NCBI RefSeq assembly: GCF_037042905.1 | Contig: NC_087252.1 | Coordinates: forward strand, 26,476,001 to 26,540,000 | DNA length: 64,000 nucleotides | Reading direction: 5' to 3' | Source of the DNA: Lytechinus pictus | Taxonomy: Eukaryota | Notes under the pieces: generated by a model | The model's input: the letters and a program-made list of their open reading frames with translations, nothing else | Told to the model about the DNA's origin: nothing | Databases searched by the model: none | Made by a program: the position numbers and the translations under genes | Part shown: in pieces, positions 13,297 to 25,800 of the stretch | How positions within the stretch are numbered: position 1 is the first letter of the stretch | Layout: every line of letters begins with the position of its first letter

Positions 13297-14891
13297 TTAA
13301 GGATCCCGGTCAGTGCTTTAATAAAAAACATTCTAAAATTAATTAAATCAATATAGGTTTAATGGTACAAATTAAATAATCAATTACATACATATGTTCA
13401 AAACATGAAAAAAAAATCATCAATATTTCTGTTTGAGGTACATACATTCTTTGTTTTCTCTATTTTTTTTTAATTGATCCTTGGACCCTGTTTCACTCAA
13501 CCTTTGTTATCAATTGTAAGTTTGATGAACATTAGACATGGTTCAATTTGATTGGTTGAGAAGAGACTTTAGTATCATAGATCACCTGCATTTGTTATTC
13601 GGGGTTCAATAAGCAAAAAAAAATCAAATAAATTCAATTTGGGTCTACATGTAAATGGTAGTAAATTCCATTAGTACGACACATACAATGCAATTGTGAA
13701 TCATTGAAGATCAATAAATGAGGTTAATAAGCCTATTGTTTACATTACTGACATATTTAAATTTGAAAGAATACAGACAACTAGCATCTCAACCATTGAA
13801 ATCATAAATGAGAATGTTTTTTCAATAAAAAAGTAGTCTCCTTTAATTGAATAACTGAAACAAAGATGCATGTTATCAACACTTTGAAATGTAAGAAATC
13901 AGATACATAAAAATAACATATTTTGTGTATTAAAGTTTACCAATAGATTGCATCTATTCAAAATAGAACTCATTTTTAATGCGCTTTTTTTATGTTAGAA
14001 AACAGGAAAAGAGATGACATTTATCGCTAAATATCATGGTGGAACGGGAAACAATTCTGTCGATAATTCCTCCAGGATAAAAATAGATGTGCCATTTTGA
14101 AACCCGAGACATTCGCACTTTGATTTTTGACAATTCAAACATCGCTAGGGTATTCGGCATTCCAATTCTGAGTCATTTATTCAATAAGATCCCGACTTTC
14201 AGGTGCGCGAGTGTGCAGCCGATACACCGCTGGCCGTGATCAATGGTCATTTGGCATGGCCACGCAGCTGACCCGCGTTGATGTGCCCTAGTTTTGACCG
14301 GACTTCAATCAATGCGTATTTACTTTCCGCAGGGATGAAATAGTTTGCGAGGAGTGAGGTAAAAGAGGAAAGAAAAAGAAAACCCTGAATGGGGTGAAAG
14401 CAAAAAGGGATAAAATTACAATGAATGGCAGGTAGCCTAGTCTTTCAAAAAAGGCTCATTTTTCTTTATAAAACGACACATGTACATTGTACCTGTACGT
14501 CAAAATGATTCTTGATTATTGATTTCTAATCCAAGTGATTTGTAGGCAAATACCTTTGTTTTTCATATTTTTATGCTGAAGTACATGTAGGTTTGTGTTT
14601 GGGCATCCATGTGTTCATAGTGTTGTGAGCTGCAGAAGTTTTTTTTTTTTTTTTTTTTTTCAAATGCTACATGTACCTGACAGTACTACCTTGTCCCATG
14701 CATTCATATTCATGTCAGTGCACTAAACAAAAATACATAAACATACCACCCACATGTTTACGCATTTCAGCTGTTGTTTACACACTTTTGAATCTCACGA
14801 CCGGAAAGCATTCATTACACAGTGAAAAACAAAAGTGAATTTTAGATTGAAATATGCAATGGTGTACTGTCCGTCTAACTGTAAACAACAT

Positions 14892-15167
14892 CAGGCCCCT
14901 GTCTTTCAAAGAGTTGCAATTGATCCGATCAAGCGCAACTATGGAAAGCCAGCAACGTCAACATCTAAAATACTTGTTTGTTCAAAACATTTTCTAGCAA
15001 TGATGCATATTTATACATTCACTGTTTTCTTGACAATTCAGTACGCTTCTCTCTGTTTTCAACGGACACTGGGCAAATTTCCTCAAGAAAAATATATGAC
15101 ATTGATGGATTTAAATATATTTGAGATTGATCGGATCAATCGTAACTCTTTGTAAGACGGGGCCCAG
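14892..15167. mobile_element. ~275-bp MITE (GGCCCCGTCTTACAAAGAGTT termini); copies at 30583-30866, 39790-40086 and ~51791-52064
   Basis: TIRs caaagagttgcaattgatccgatcaa / ttgatcggatcaatcgtaactctttg; internal sequence shared by four copies. Confidence 0.85.
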
Positions 15168-16364
15168 GGTTAGCTATTGAGGAACAAATGAATAAATATG
15201 GCTTCATCATGCGTATGGGGTAGAAAATAATACTATCCAAAGCCTTTGGAAGCACCTAGGGACATTCAATCATAATGTGATATGCCCTATTAATACACAA
15301 ACTGTTGTAGGTCTATACTTCGCTCACAAAGAGAACAAGGTTGTCCTTCATCTAATTTTGATTTTTGTAAAAGAAATCATAGCGAAAAGAGAGCATTATA
15401 TCTGATATACATTGTACATAAAAAAGCAGATTTCCTTCAACTACTGTACAATGAGAAATCCCTTAAAATGCTCTATACATAAGGGGGGGGGGGGGCTAGG
15501 AGGATGGGGAGGGCATACTCCGACTTTGCACAGTCTTGCCTCAACGGTTATTAGTATTTATTAGAGCACATTCGAGTGAACGCGAGCTTGACGTCACAGA
15601 ATGTCGAGAGCATTGCGATTATGCACTAATGTAAACATGAAGCGTCTGCAATACTTGATCAGGGCTGGTGGGTTATGTGTAGACCTGTATTAATGCGAGT
15701 GAACGTCGCATCGTTGTTTGGGTATTGAAAATCCATACAGTGCTGGTCCAGACATTTCTGTCTGCTGTCTCTTCATCTTCCTCTTTATCTGTCTGTCTGT
15801 CTCTCTCTCTCTCTCTAATGTCTTTTCATCTTCCTCTGTATCTGTCTGTCTGTCTCTCTCCATATTTCTTGGTTTCTCTGTACATATGTATCTATACCTC
15901 CCCCCCCCCCTCTCTCCATCTGTCTCTATATCTTCCTATCTCTACCTCTCTCTTTCTAATGTTTACCAATGGCTATTCATTGTCAATAGGCCTTACATCT
16001 TATTCTTTTTTACACTCCCGCCCTTCCCCCCTCTCTCTCTCTTTCTAAGCATGTCTGCCAATGACTATTTATTGTCAATATTATTTATTCATTGTGTTTA
16101 CATCTCTCTCTCTCTTTCCATATCTCACAATAACGCACAGCCTACTTGCAATATCAAGTTTTTACTCAATGAGGAAAGCGACACTTTTATTTAAAATATC
16201 CATATATTTTAATGTTCTTTTACGACTTGCTTGTTTCGTTTTTATTGTTCTTAATTTACCACTTCCTCATTATCTTATGTATATTTATTGTTCATTGCCC
16301 AAGTATTTTTGCCTAATTAACTACATACATATTTCTTATGTCAGTTTTTACAAGGTTACTCTAT

Positions 16365-16873
16365 TTTATACAACTCATACAAAGATTGTTGTAATTTGAT
16401 TGGTTGAAAGCCATTCAATATTTGATCCATTTTGTGCTGCATGCAAATTTTATTTTCCATTGCACGGCGACCGTGCATTTTTTATTTTTCTATTGCACGA
16501 TTGCGCATCAACAAGGCTGACTGTGCGCGCTCAGATTCATGAATCAAAGTGCGTCACAAAAGAACATAAACAATTAACTGCTTTCATAAACCGGGAAAAT
16601 ATATTTTGAGAGAAAATGAATTGTCAGACAAAGGCAAAATATGTCTTAATTCCATTTGCTTTTTTTTTCTTTTGTCAAATAAAATCTAGAAAATTTGTTG
16701 TATAAAGCAAATGATGCATGCCTTCATTCGTCCATTATGCGACCTATCCACTCTCGTTGAGGCTGTGTTCACCCCATTGCACTCAGCCCAACGGCTTCGT
16801 GTAATGGATTGAACAGAGCCTCAACTCGCGTGAGGATAGATCGCCTAATGAACTCATGTGCATGCATCATTTG
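16365..16873. mobile_element. Element with an asymmetric 10-bp inverted repeat and a terminal 166-nt hairpin (Helentron/DINE-like or Crypton-like layout)
   Basis: tttatacaac (16365) / gttgtataaa (16697), immediately followed by a long stem-loop at 16708-16873. Confidence 0.5.
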
Positions 16874-17766
16874 TATACTAATATTTGGAATATGTACATG
16901 TAATGAGTCTATTAATTGTTCGTACTTAAAAAGTATACATGATCAATTCAGCCATTTGGCTGCGACTCATGTTTTCAATAAACCTTGAACTGAATTGAAT
17001 TGTCATCTATTCTCCACTACCTCCCACTTTAACCTAGGAAGCACTTCATTTAGTCAAGTGATTTTTACTGCTGTTATAAGCTACTGAAATCCTTGCATCT
17101 GATTGGCTCAGAACCAATCAGTAAGTGAAAATCAATGCACATTTGCTTCATGAAAAACACCCCTCTCAACTCTGTTGATAATTATATTGACAGGTATATA
17201 ATGCTTCATTTGAATGAATGACTTCTCAGACTGACAGCTTTCTTCCGATCTACAGTATCTATTAAGAAGCAAAATATCAAGGAAAAAGGGAATGACTAGG
17301 AAATCAAAGCAAGCCATCTATCTCTCTGAATGCAAGGTTATGTATGGGAGACATTACTAACACATACAGGTACATATATGTTCAGGTTGGTCGCCACAAC
17401 ACAATGATCCTGATTACTGCAACATACAGTACATGAAGTCGAGATGTCTACACACACAGATTCAGAAGTGCAATATACACTGTATTCAACACACTGTCCA
17501 GCCGGCGCTACATTCACGGTATACGTCTGAAATACATCAGTCGGCCGTTTTGCGGGGGCGGCCTCGCAAAGTGAAGCGTCTGTCTTTATGGGGGAGAGAA
17601 ATGCTGTCTTCGTTGGTAAAAAACATGTTGCTTAGCATCGTATAAAAGGGAAAACAGAAAATTGAGAAAGATATGAGTTATTATGTGCGTGGGCGAGGCA
17701 GAGCCAGTGCTATATTAATGATGATGTTCTTATAATGAATAATTAAGTGAAAAGGGGGGTCATAAA

Positions 17767-19412
17767 CAGGGACTCGGTTTTATAATTATAAGGGGAGCAA
17801 TAAAAAGCTCTCCTAGAACTTTTAAGGAGAGCGGTAGAGGAGCACTTCAAAAAGCTCTTCTTCAACATACAAGGGGAGCTTTTTGCCCAATTAACAAAAT
17901 GGATGGAGGAAATGTATGTACTATAAAATTACAATCAACAACCAAAGGAAGTATTTATAATTGTTTTACAATGTATTGTAATTAGATTGTGTGTTGTAAA
18001 ACCTGTTTTAGTTAGGTTTTGACTTTGGCTAAAAGTTAAGTCACTGACAATTTTTTTTTTTTTTTCGGGGGCTCCATTTTATTTTTTTTGTCAAATTTGG
18101 GGGGCTCTTTTTAAATGCTACTTTTTTGTATTTTGAGGAATACCTGTTCACTTATTAAGGAATTATTACTTTTTGTTTAATATTGTATGATTTTTAAAGT
18201 TATTTATCATGTTTAGAATCTTGGATGTGGGTGTGTGGATGGGTGGGTGTGTGTGGGTGTGTGCGTGTGTGTGTGACTGTGAGTTGGACTTGGATATAAA
18301 TTAATTCAATATATAATTTCTACTCCATTTATTCCAGTACAATACCCTAGTCAGCCATGTACATGTAATAAAGGCCCACTTACGTACCCTAACTTTTCCT
18401 GAAGTTCTTTGAAAACGCAGATCTCCATGAAAATTTAATTTATCTATGGGGGAGTCTAAATTTGGTGAGAATGTATTCATTAAGAACTTAAATATACATG
18501 ACAATGAAGAAATCATCAAACTTTATTGGCAGTTTTGAATAATATTCCTGAAATGTAAACTCTGTCTGAAACAGAAAATCACCATCATTGAGGCCTTTAC
18601 TGAGCGAATTGTCCCCCAGAGCTCTGGCAGAGAGACAGAGCTCCAACTGGCTAGCTAGTAAAAGCGCCAATGCGTGAGCCTGCCGCCGTCCTTGTAAAAA
18701 AGATGGAGCTTTGTTTGATGATTTATTGTCTGATATACCTCATCCCCTAGAAAAAGAAAACAAATGATTTTTTAGTTATAATTGATAAATTAGATAACTT
18801 ATTTTGGAAGTTAATAAGCCGTTTTGAAAAGCAAAGCCGAATGACAACTCACCAATGCTAGGTTACTAGACTCTGGGATTTATTTCCTGTGTAATTCGAA
18901 TTATTTTATCACAGAATTGTGATATCTGTAGGGGAAACATGTGCATTCGAAATGGCACACGGTGGTAGTCATAATGGATCCCTATACATGCAACTCTTTC
19001 CCGACCGTTGCGTTGATTTTTTTTTTCCATACCTGGTACCATGTGTATGGAAATACGTGGTACAGAAAAAATAACGCAACTTCGGAATTTGAAACTGCGC
19101 TACTCGCTACTTTTAAGGCTTATTCGTGATTTTGAGTGTGGATTTGGGATGGTTTTTAAATGGTAAGCGGAGCTCGAGCATATGGCACTAGTGGGCCGTT
19201 GAGTTGTTATCACTCGGCAATAATTTCGGGGGCGACATTCAGATTTTATGTCGCCCCCGAAAGCATGATTTTGGGTGATTTCGAGGGCGACTTTAGGCAT
19301 TTTCGCGCAGGTTAGCTATCGCGAGGTGCGCTATTAATCGCGCTACCAAAAATGGATTAAGGCGCGCATGTAGCGCGCGATCGCTCTCGCGCGCCTTAAA
19401 ATCGAGTCCCTG
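17767..19412. mobile_element. 1.65-kb non-autonomous hAT-like DNA transposon with a 6-bp TSD
   Basis: TIRs CAGGGACTCGGTTTTA / TAAAATCGAGTCCCTG (15/16 match), flanked by CATAAA on both sides; GC-rich gggcgac/tcgcgc subterminal repeats. Confidence 0.8.
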
Positions 19413-20165
19413 CATAAATCAAGCTTTCACTATCAATTTAAGCCAGCAAAGTGATGAATAAAGTATACAGATACGCTGGTAATTCTCATCAACAGTGGCT
19501 CAATTTGTAAATGTGTGGGCTGGTACAAGAAAACGATTTAACGTAAATGGGAACGAATGTCTCAATTGGTTTAAAAAGTAATTGCTGCTATGGGAAGATG
19601 ATAGAAAGCGATAGAGGAATTGGACAAAGAGAAAGAGAAAAAAATTGTGACAAGTAATAGATAATGTAGATGCAGACTGATGTAAATAAACACAGATAGA
19701 AAATGAAACATATGAAAAGGGTGTAAGATATAAGTACCTGTATACAGATTATAAAAAAAAACACCAAATAGAATGACATACAAATGTGTGGGGGGAGATA
19801 CATGTATTGAAAATGAACATGAGGATAAAATCAAAATGGGGGAGAAAAGATGAGAAAGTGAGAGCCAACAAAAGAGAGGAAGAGAGAGAAAGAGAGCCAT
19901 GTTGCACGAAAATATTTGCAAATTGCAGTTGTTCTTCATTAACAATTGATATATCAATCGCAACTATGGCAATTTAATTTTGACTTCTGATTGCAAAAAG
20001 AAGGTCAGGAATCAATCGTTAGTTTGCAAATTATGACCAAAATTATGATTAATTTTGGGAATAAAAATGAACTTGCGATTGATTGCAAATTTTTTGTAAT
20101 AACCCATTAGATTGAGACAGAGACAGAAGGAGAGAGAGAAAGGAGAACAAGGAATAAAGTGAGAG

Positions 20166-20574
20166 GGTTTATTTTCAATTTGTCTGACGCCAATTCGTCT
20201 GATGACCAACTCGTCTACTATCATGTGGTCTACCATCGTCCACTATCCACAGGGTCTAATTTCCATTTCGTGTAATCACCATTTCATCTAATAACCAGTT
20301 GGTCCAATAGCCATTCAGTCCATACACCATTTGGTCTAATTGGACTCGGTGTTAATTGGGCGAAATGAATGAAAATAAAATAGATATTAGACCAACTGGT
20401 TATTGGACAAAGTGGTCGTAGACGAACTGGGAATTAGACGAAGTGATGATTGGGCCAAATGGTTGTTAGAGGAAGTGTTGATGGAGGGAATGGCATATTA
20501 AGGACTTTAATAATGAAGGTAGACCATGTGACGAGTGGACGAGTTGGCAATAGATGAATTGGCAATTTATAACC
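20166..20574. mobile_element. Fold-back MITE built from ~15-bp subrepeats; copies at 53170-53609 and truncated at 27896-28023
   Basis: ccaactcgtctac / gtggacgagttgg inverted arms; near-colinear second copy. Confidence 0.8.
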
Positions 20575-21329
20575 AGTGAAAGGGAAAAAAGTTTGATATA
20601 TATATAGAAAGGGGAATATATATATTTAAAAAACAGGAGGGGGGGGGGGTGAGAATCTAAAGCAAATCAGAAGACAGATAAAGACAAGGAGAAAATATAC
20701 ATCCTAATTCCATTTGGCGGACAACATCCAACTCAACATGAACCCCTATTGCGATGGCGTTGGGAGGGAGTGTGCGGCAGGGCTTGAGTGACAATGATCA
20801 TTACACAGTGTTTATAATCAACGTCTGCAGGAGCGTTGGAAAGTATGCATGCGAACGAGCTGTGCACCAGGGTTCTTTTTCGTACAAGGGGAGAATAACG
20901 CCCACGCACATCCAGTCTGAGGGGCGAGAGCGAGCTTGAGGGGAAGAGAGAGAGAGAGATAGAGATGATGATGAAGAAGATGCGAGGTTCAGAAGTTCAT
21001 CCATGTTATTTCTCCAACATCTCCCCCTCTCTATGGTAATGAGGAGAGGGAGCCGCACTTTTTCCTTTGCTGTGCATGCTTTACATGCTAAGAAGACACC
21101 ATAGAACATCAGTCTCGACATGTAAATGTAAACTTGGGGCTTATCTTGTCCTTTTCTTGTTTAATTATCAAAGTGCTGTACAAAAAGAGTTGTTTCTGTC
21201 ATGTTTTGCTCATTAATTCCCAAGCAAAACCACATTTCAGGATCATATCACATATTTTTAGAGATTTTTCTGTTACATGCCATACTGCTTTTCTATTTTC
21301 ACTTTTTAAATGTTTGTTTTTCTTCTTCT

Positions 21330-21625
21330 TGTATTGTTTTCTCATCTGTATCCTGTAATATTCACTTTAAATTCTCCCCCCCCAAAAAAAAAAAAATCCT
21401 TTCTCTGGGGTACAATTGAGGTTTTAAAAACAATACAGGGTTTCTATTCTCACCTTTTAATGTTTTTTTTTTTCTTTTTAAAGCTAGTTTCTTGCGTTTA
21501 GCAAAATATATAAAAAAGTTTAAACTGTTATTGTTTTCTCATCTGTATTCTGTAATATTCACTTTAAATTTTCCCCCAAATCCTTTCTCTGGGGTACAAT
21601 TGATGTTTTAAAAACAATACAAGGT
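21330..21625. repeat. Local direct duplication (~195-bp period)
   Basis: ttgttttctcatctgtat.ctgtaatattcactttaaatt...atcctttctctggggtacaattga occurs twice. Confidence 0.85.
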
Positions 21626-22817
21626 TACTTAACCTTACTTTTCGTGGATGGTAAATGCAAAGATTGTGCGATTCACAAAGCCTTTTTGAATCCCACAAAT
21701 TTGTGCAATCGGAATGGCATTTGAGCCAAGATATTGTTTGAAATATTAAATGCAAAGCTGTTTTGAAACGAATTTGTATTTTGTACCCATCGTAATCACT
21801 TTATAAAGCCTCCTAAAATTCAGTCTCTCCAGGAAAACTGGCATATTCCTTGTCATTTATTTAAATAACAAATACCATTTGAAAATATACATGTACTACT
21901 ACATGCAGTTTCTAACAAAATATTAAAGTAGCAATAAGGGTTATCCAATGAAGACTGAGAGTCATTCATAGTGAGAAATTTTCATCAAAATATGATTTCA
22001 TCATGTTGTTATTGTTTTGTTATGACAGCTATTTTCGAGTTTTTCGAATCTAGATCACTGATCTCCCTAAATGTATATTATGGCTGATGTGGTTTGTCAT
22101 GCTGGCCTTTGACTTGCCGACAAGCTTGCATGTATTTGGAGTGAAACATTACTAGGGATATTGTAGGCCTACTCATTTCGATTTCAATCATTCTTGTGTA
22201 CATGTATGTTGTAAAAGGAGAAATACTTCCATTTCTTTATTATCGCCCTCTTCTGCCCATGCCATCTCATTCATAACAAGCCTTTATCACAACATAACAT
22301 ATATTCAGAAAGATTTATGTTTTTAGCGCCCTCTTGATTCGCAATTGTTAGTCTAAAAAAAAGGTATGTATTCTACGTGTATTTCTGGAACTCTACAAAT
22401 CTATTCGTTCAATATTAATGTAAAATTACCTCATGTTCAATTTCAATAAATTATTCATCATTGGCCATGTTGATTTTACCAGAGAAGACTCAGGACATTG
22501 GCTACCGGTACCCAATTTTTTGTGTGTGTGTGTTAACTAGAGACAATTGCAGAATAGTGCTAACTTGTTTTTTTGTGGGGGGGGGGGTCAAAATTTGTAT
22601 GCAACCACAGGCCCATGTATGTGCATACATCTTTAAATGAACCTTGCTCCAGATATTTTTTAATTATTTTAAAACAAATTTGCTTAAATCTGTAGTTTTG
22701 TACACTCTGTGAATAGCGACTAGCCGAATTTCGAATTTATTTTAAATCTTAAGGATTAACTTTTAAGTCTCAAAAGATTTACATTCAAATCTTTTAGATT
22801 TATCTTTAAATCATTAA

Positions 22818-23400
22818 AGGAGAATGAAACTCTTGGAGCAAGTTAGCTTTTGTGAAAGCAGAAAAATCAAAGAATAAGATCAACAAAACTTTGAGAAAAA
22901 TAGGACTAGCAATAAAAGAGTTATGAGCATTTGAATGTCGAGATCACTAATGCTATGGAGATCCTCCCATTGGCAATGCGACCAAGATCTGTGATGTCAC
23001 ACACGTACAACTCTCCCATTTGGACACTGAAAATATACCCCAAAACATCTCTTTTTGCTCATTCTAATCATATGACAAACGATTCATCAATGATATAATG
23101 TTGTGAAACCTCTGTACTTGTCATCTCATAAAGAGAACACCTCACCTTGTGATAGACTCTATAAAAGTGAGAATATAAGTGAAATAAGTACTAAAGTAAT
23201 GAGGGAGTTGTACGTGTGTGATATCACAGATCTTGGTCGCATTGCCGTTGGGAGGATCTACATGGCACTAGTGATCTCAATATTCGAATGCTCATAACTT
23301 TCTTATTATTCATTCAATCTTCCTCAAACTTTCAACAATATGTTTCTTTGATTTTTCTCTTTGATATGGATTCAGCTGGTTTCAAGGGTTTCATTCTCCT
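22818..23400. mobile_element. Kolobok-like non-autonomous element, second family
   Basis: TTAA|AGGAGAATGAAAC ... GTTTCATTCTCCT|TTAA; ~200-bp inverted arms. Confidence 0.88.
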
Positions 23401-25169
23401 TTAAGGTGTAAATCTATCTAATATTCGGCTGCTCACCATTCCTTGGAATTTGAAATGTACCTGTCCTAAAATTAACCTCTAAAAACATCTTATTTACTCT
23501 ACTTTGCACTTAGTTGTTTAACCATGACAGAAACACCAAGGCAGAATTAACACAATATCACCTTCATAACAAACAACCAGTCAATATTATCTACCATAAT
23601 CCAGTATTATAACGCATCAACCTCATCCGAACACACAATATGAAAAGGTGTAACACTACCTTGAACGAATCAATACGGTGTTCGGATGAACAAATAGATC
23701 GGTTTGTCCCCAATATATCCAGCTGTTGTGTGTTGTTATGGTCAATATTACATGTTTGACCTTTAATTGACCTCCCAGCTGTTATGGACTTGACCTAGAT
23801 AGCGGTACAGGTAGATATATATATAAGTAGTCGAGCGAGGAAGATGTTTACTGTTTTCAATTTTAGTTTTCAGATATATCTGAATTATGGTTGTTACTTG
23901 AATTCGATGAGTTTCTTTGATGAATTTCACTGAGAATTACAATGTGAATACCGGTAAGTCAATAACAATTACATAGAGCCTGGGCCTATACAATTCATCA
24001 CGTTCTATTTCATTATGTAGGCCCTAATTGTAAACACAATTGATACACAAACTCACTGTAGAAAAATATCATATATAGACCAAGGGATACTACATGTGCA
24101 TGTAATAGTGCTAAGCCATGAAAATGTATACATGTACCGTATGTTCTTTTGTGTTAGTTTTTGTAATTACATTGTAAATATTCACGCTGTATACGAAATC
24201 ACTGCATGCGTCCATGCATCCATTTTTATTTGTTTTTATGAAACCAATTTATGCCATGTATCCAATGAGAGAGCTACAAAAATGTGGAACGAACAATTAC
24301 ATCATATTATGTAATACTGTCTCAGATTTGCTCTGTATGGATATTCATGGCCAAATTTCAATAACAAGCAAAGAGGACTAGTCTAGAATTTAGAACACTT
24401 ATCTACAAACGTACTAGAAACTTGTCACTTTGTAGTCATATATGCTAATGCTGCACTTCGGTCACAGCTACCGATTGGGTACAAATGTCTGGAAAATATG
24501 TGATGGTTCAAATAAACTGCCTGTTTTTATAAAGAAATAAGTATAATGTTAGAAATGTTAACTGTGGTGTCTGAAATCGTAGACTAGAGTTCATTCAGGG
24601 GACAAGGAAAAGTTGCATGTACATGGACACAGGCAAACATATGAGAAATAAATCAAGAGTGCGCTAGTGTGTGTTTACCATTCACTTGCAGTGGCGCAAT
24701 GCAGGATTTTAAATGGGTCCATACGTGTATACACACACACACAAATGTCTATGGCGGCACACAAATGTCTATGGCGGCACACAAAATATTGTACATGTGG
24801 GACTGCAGAAGCAGAATGGATCCCTTGCCCATGCAATTGATATTGTTAGTTTATCTCGTACACATGTATGTAAAAAATTGCTGCTACAACTAAGAACTGG
24901 AGGGATATTACATTAGGCTAATGACTGTGGGGCCTGGATTTTCTTGGAAACTCAGCAATGATGAACTGTAAAATGTATTCCCACATCCCAGGGTCTTCCA
25001 AGGATAAAGGGCCCATAAAATCAATGAAGGTCAATTAGTCTTTCGTTCAAATTTAATGATCTAAAGTAGATGGGAAAGTGTCGATTTGATAGAATGGTGG
25101 ATAATTTGGACACATTGTCATTTGTCAAATGAGAATGTATTTAAAATAAGTATTTCAAGGTTATGAAGT

Positions 25170-25800
25170 TTGGTAGTAAAATGGTGGCGATAATAATAAT
25201 AGTTGGATGTAGTGGTGCGATGGTGGATTAATGGTGTTGATGGTGGTAGCACTTGGTAGAATTTATGGTGGTGGTGGAGGTGGTCAGAACCAGGGGGGGG
25301 GGGGAACATCTGGCCCATGGGCCCCCCTTGAGAGCCATAGTCAATATTTTTAATGTAAATTTGCTGCTCTTCCACAAGTGAGCCCCCCCCCCTCTTTGAA
25401 AGTTACAGCATATATATTTAATGGGAATATACAGTTCATACACAAGTGAGGACCCCCCCCCCCTTTTTTTTTTTTGCTTGTCAAATTTTCCTTGGGAAAA
25501 GGTGCACCCTCTCCCTTTGGAAAATCCTGGATCCGCCCTTGGTGGTGGTGGTAATCATGGTGGTGGCACCGATGATGATGGCAGTGGTAGTGGTGGTGAT
25601 GATGGTGGTGGTGGGCACTGTTGATAGTGGTGGTATTGATGGTGGTGATGATGATTTTGGTAATGCTGCTGCTGACAAGTGGCGGTGATGACAATAACAT
25701 GTGGTAGTAGGGTGACGTTGGTGGTGCTGCGTATGACAACTGGTGGTGGTGTTGCTAGTCGTGGTGATGGAAGTGATGATGGTAATGAATGGTAACAATT
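25170..25800. repeat. (GGT/GAT)n low-complexity tract interrupted by a G-string MITE fragment (~25290-25541)
   Basis: Trinucleotide runs; ttttgcttgtcaaattt...aaatcctggatccgcccttg resembles the element end at 61589. Confidence 0.7.

Noticed and set aside
25350..25798. His-rich ORF reminiscent of the DYRK1A poly-His tract
   Set aside because: (GGT/GAT)n repeat interrupted by a MITE, and upstream of the kinase domain, whereas the vertebrate His tract is C-terminal.
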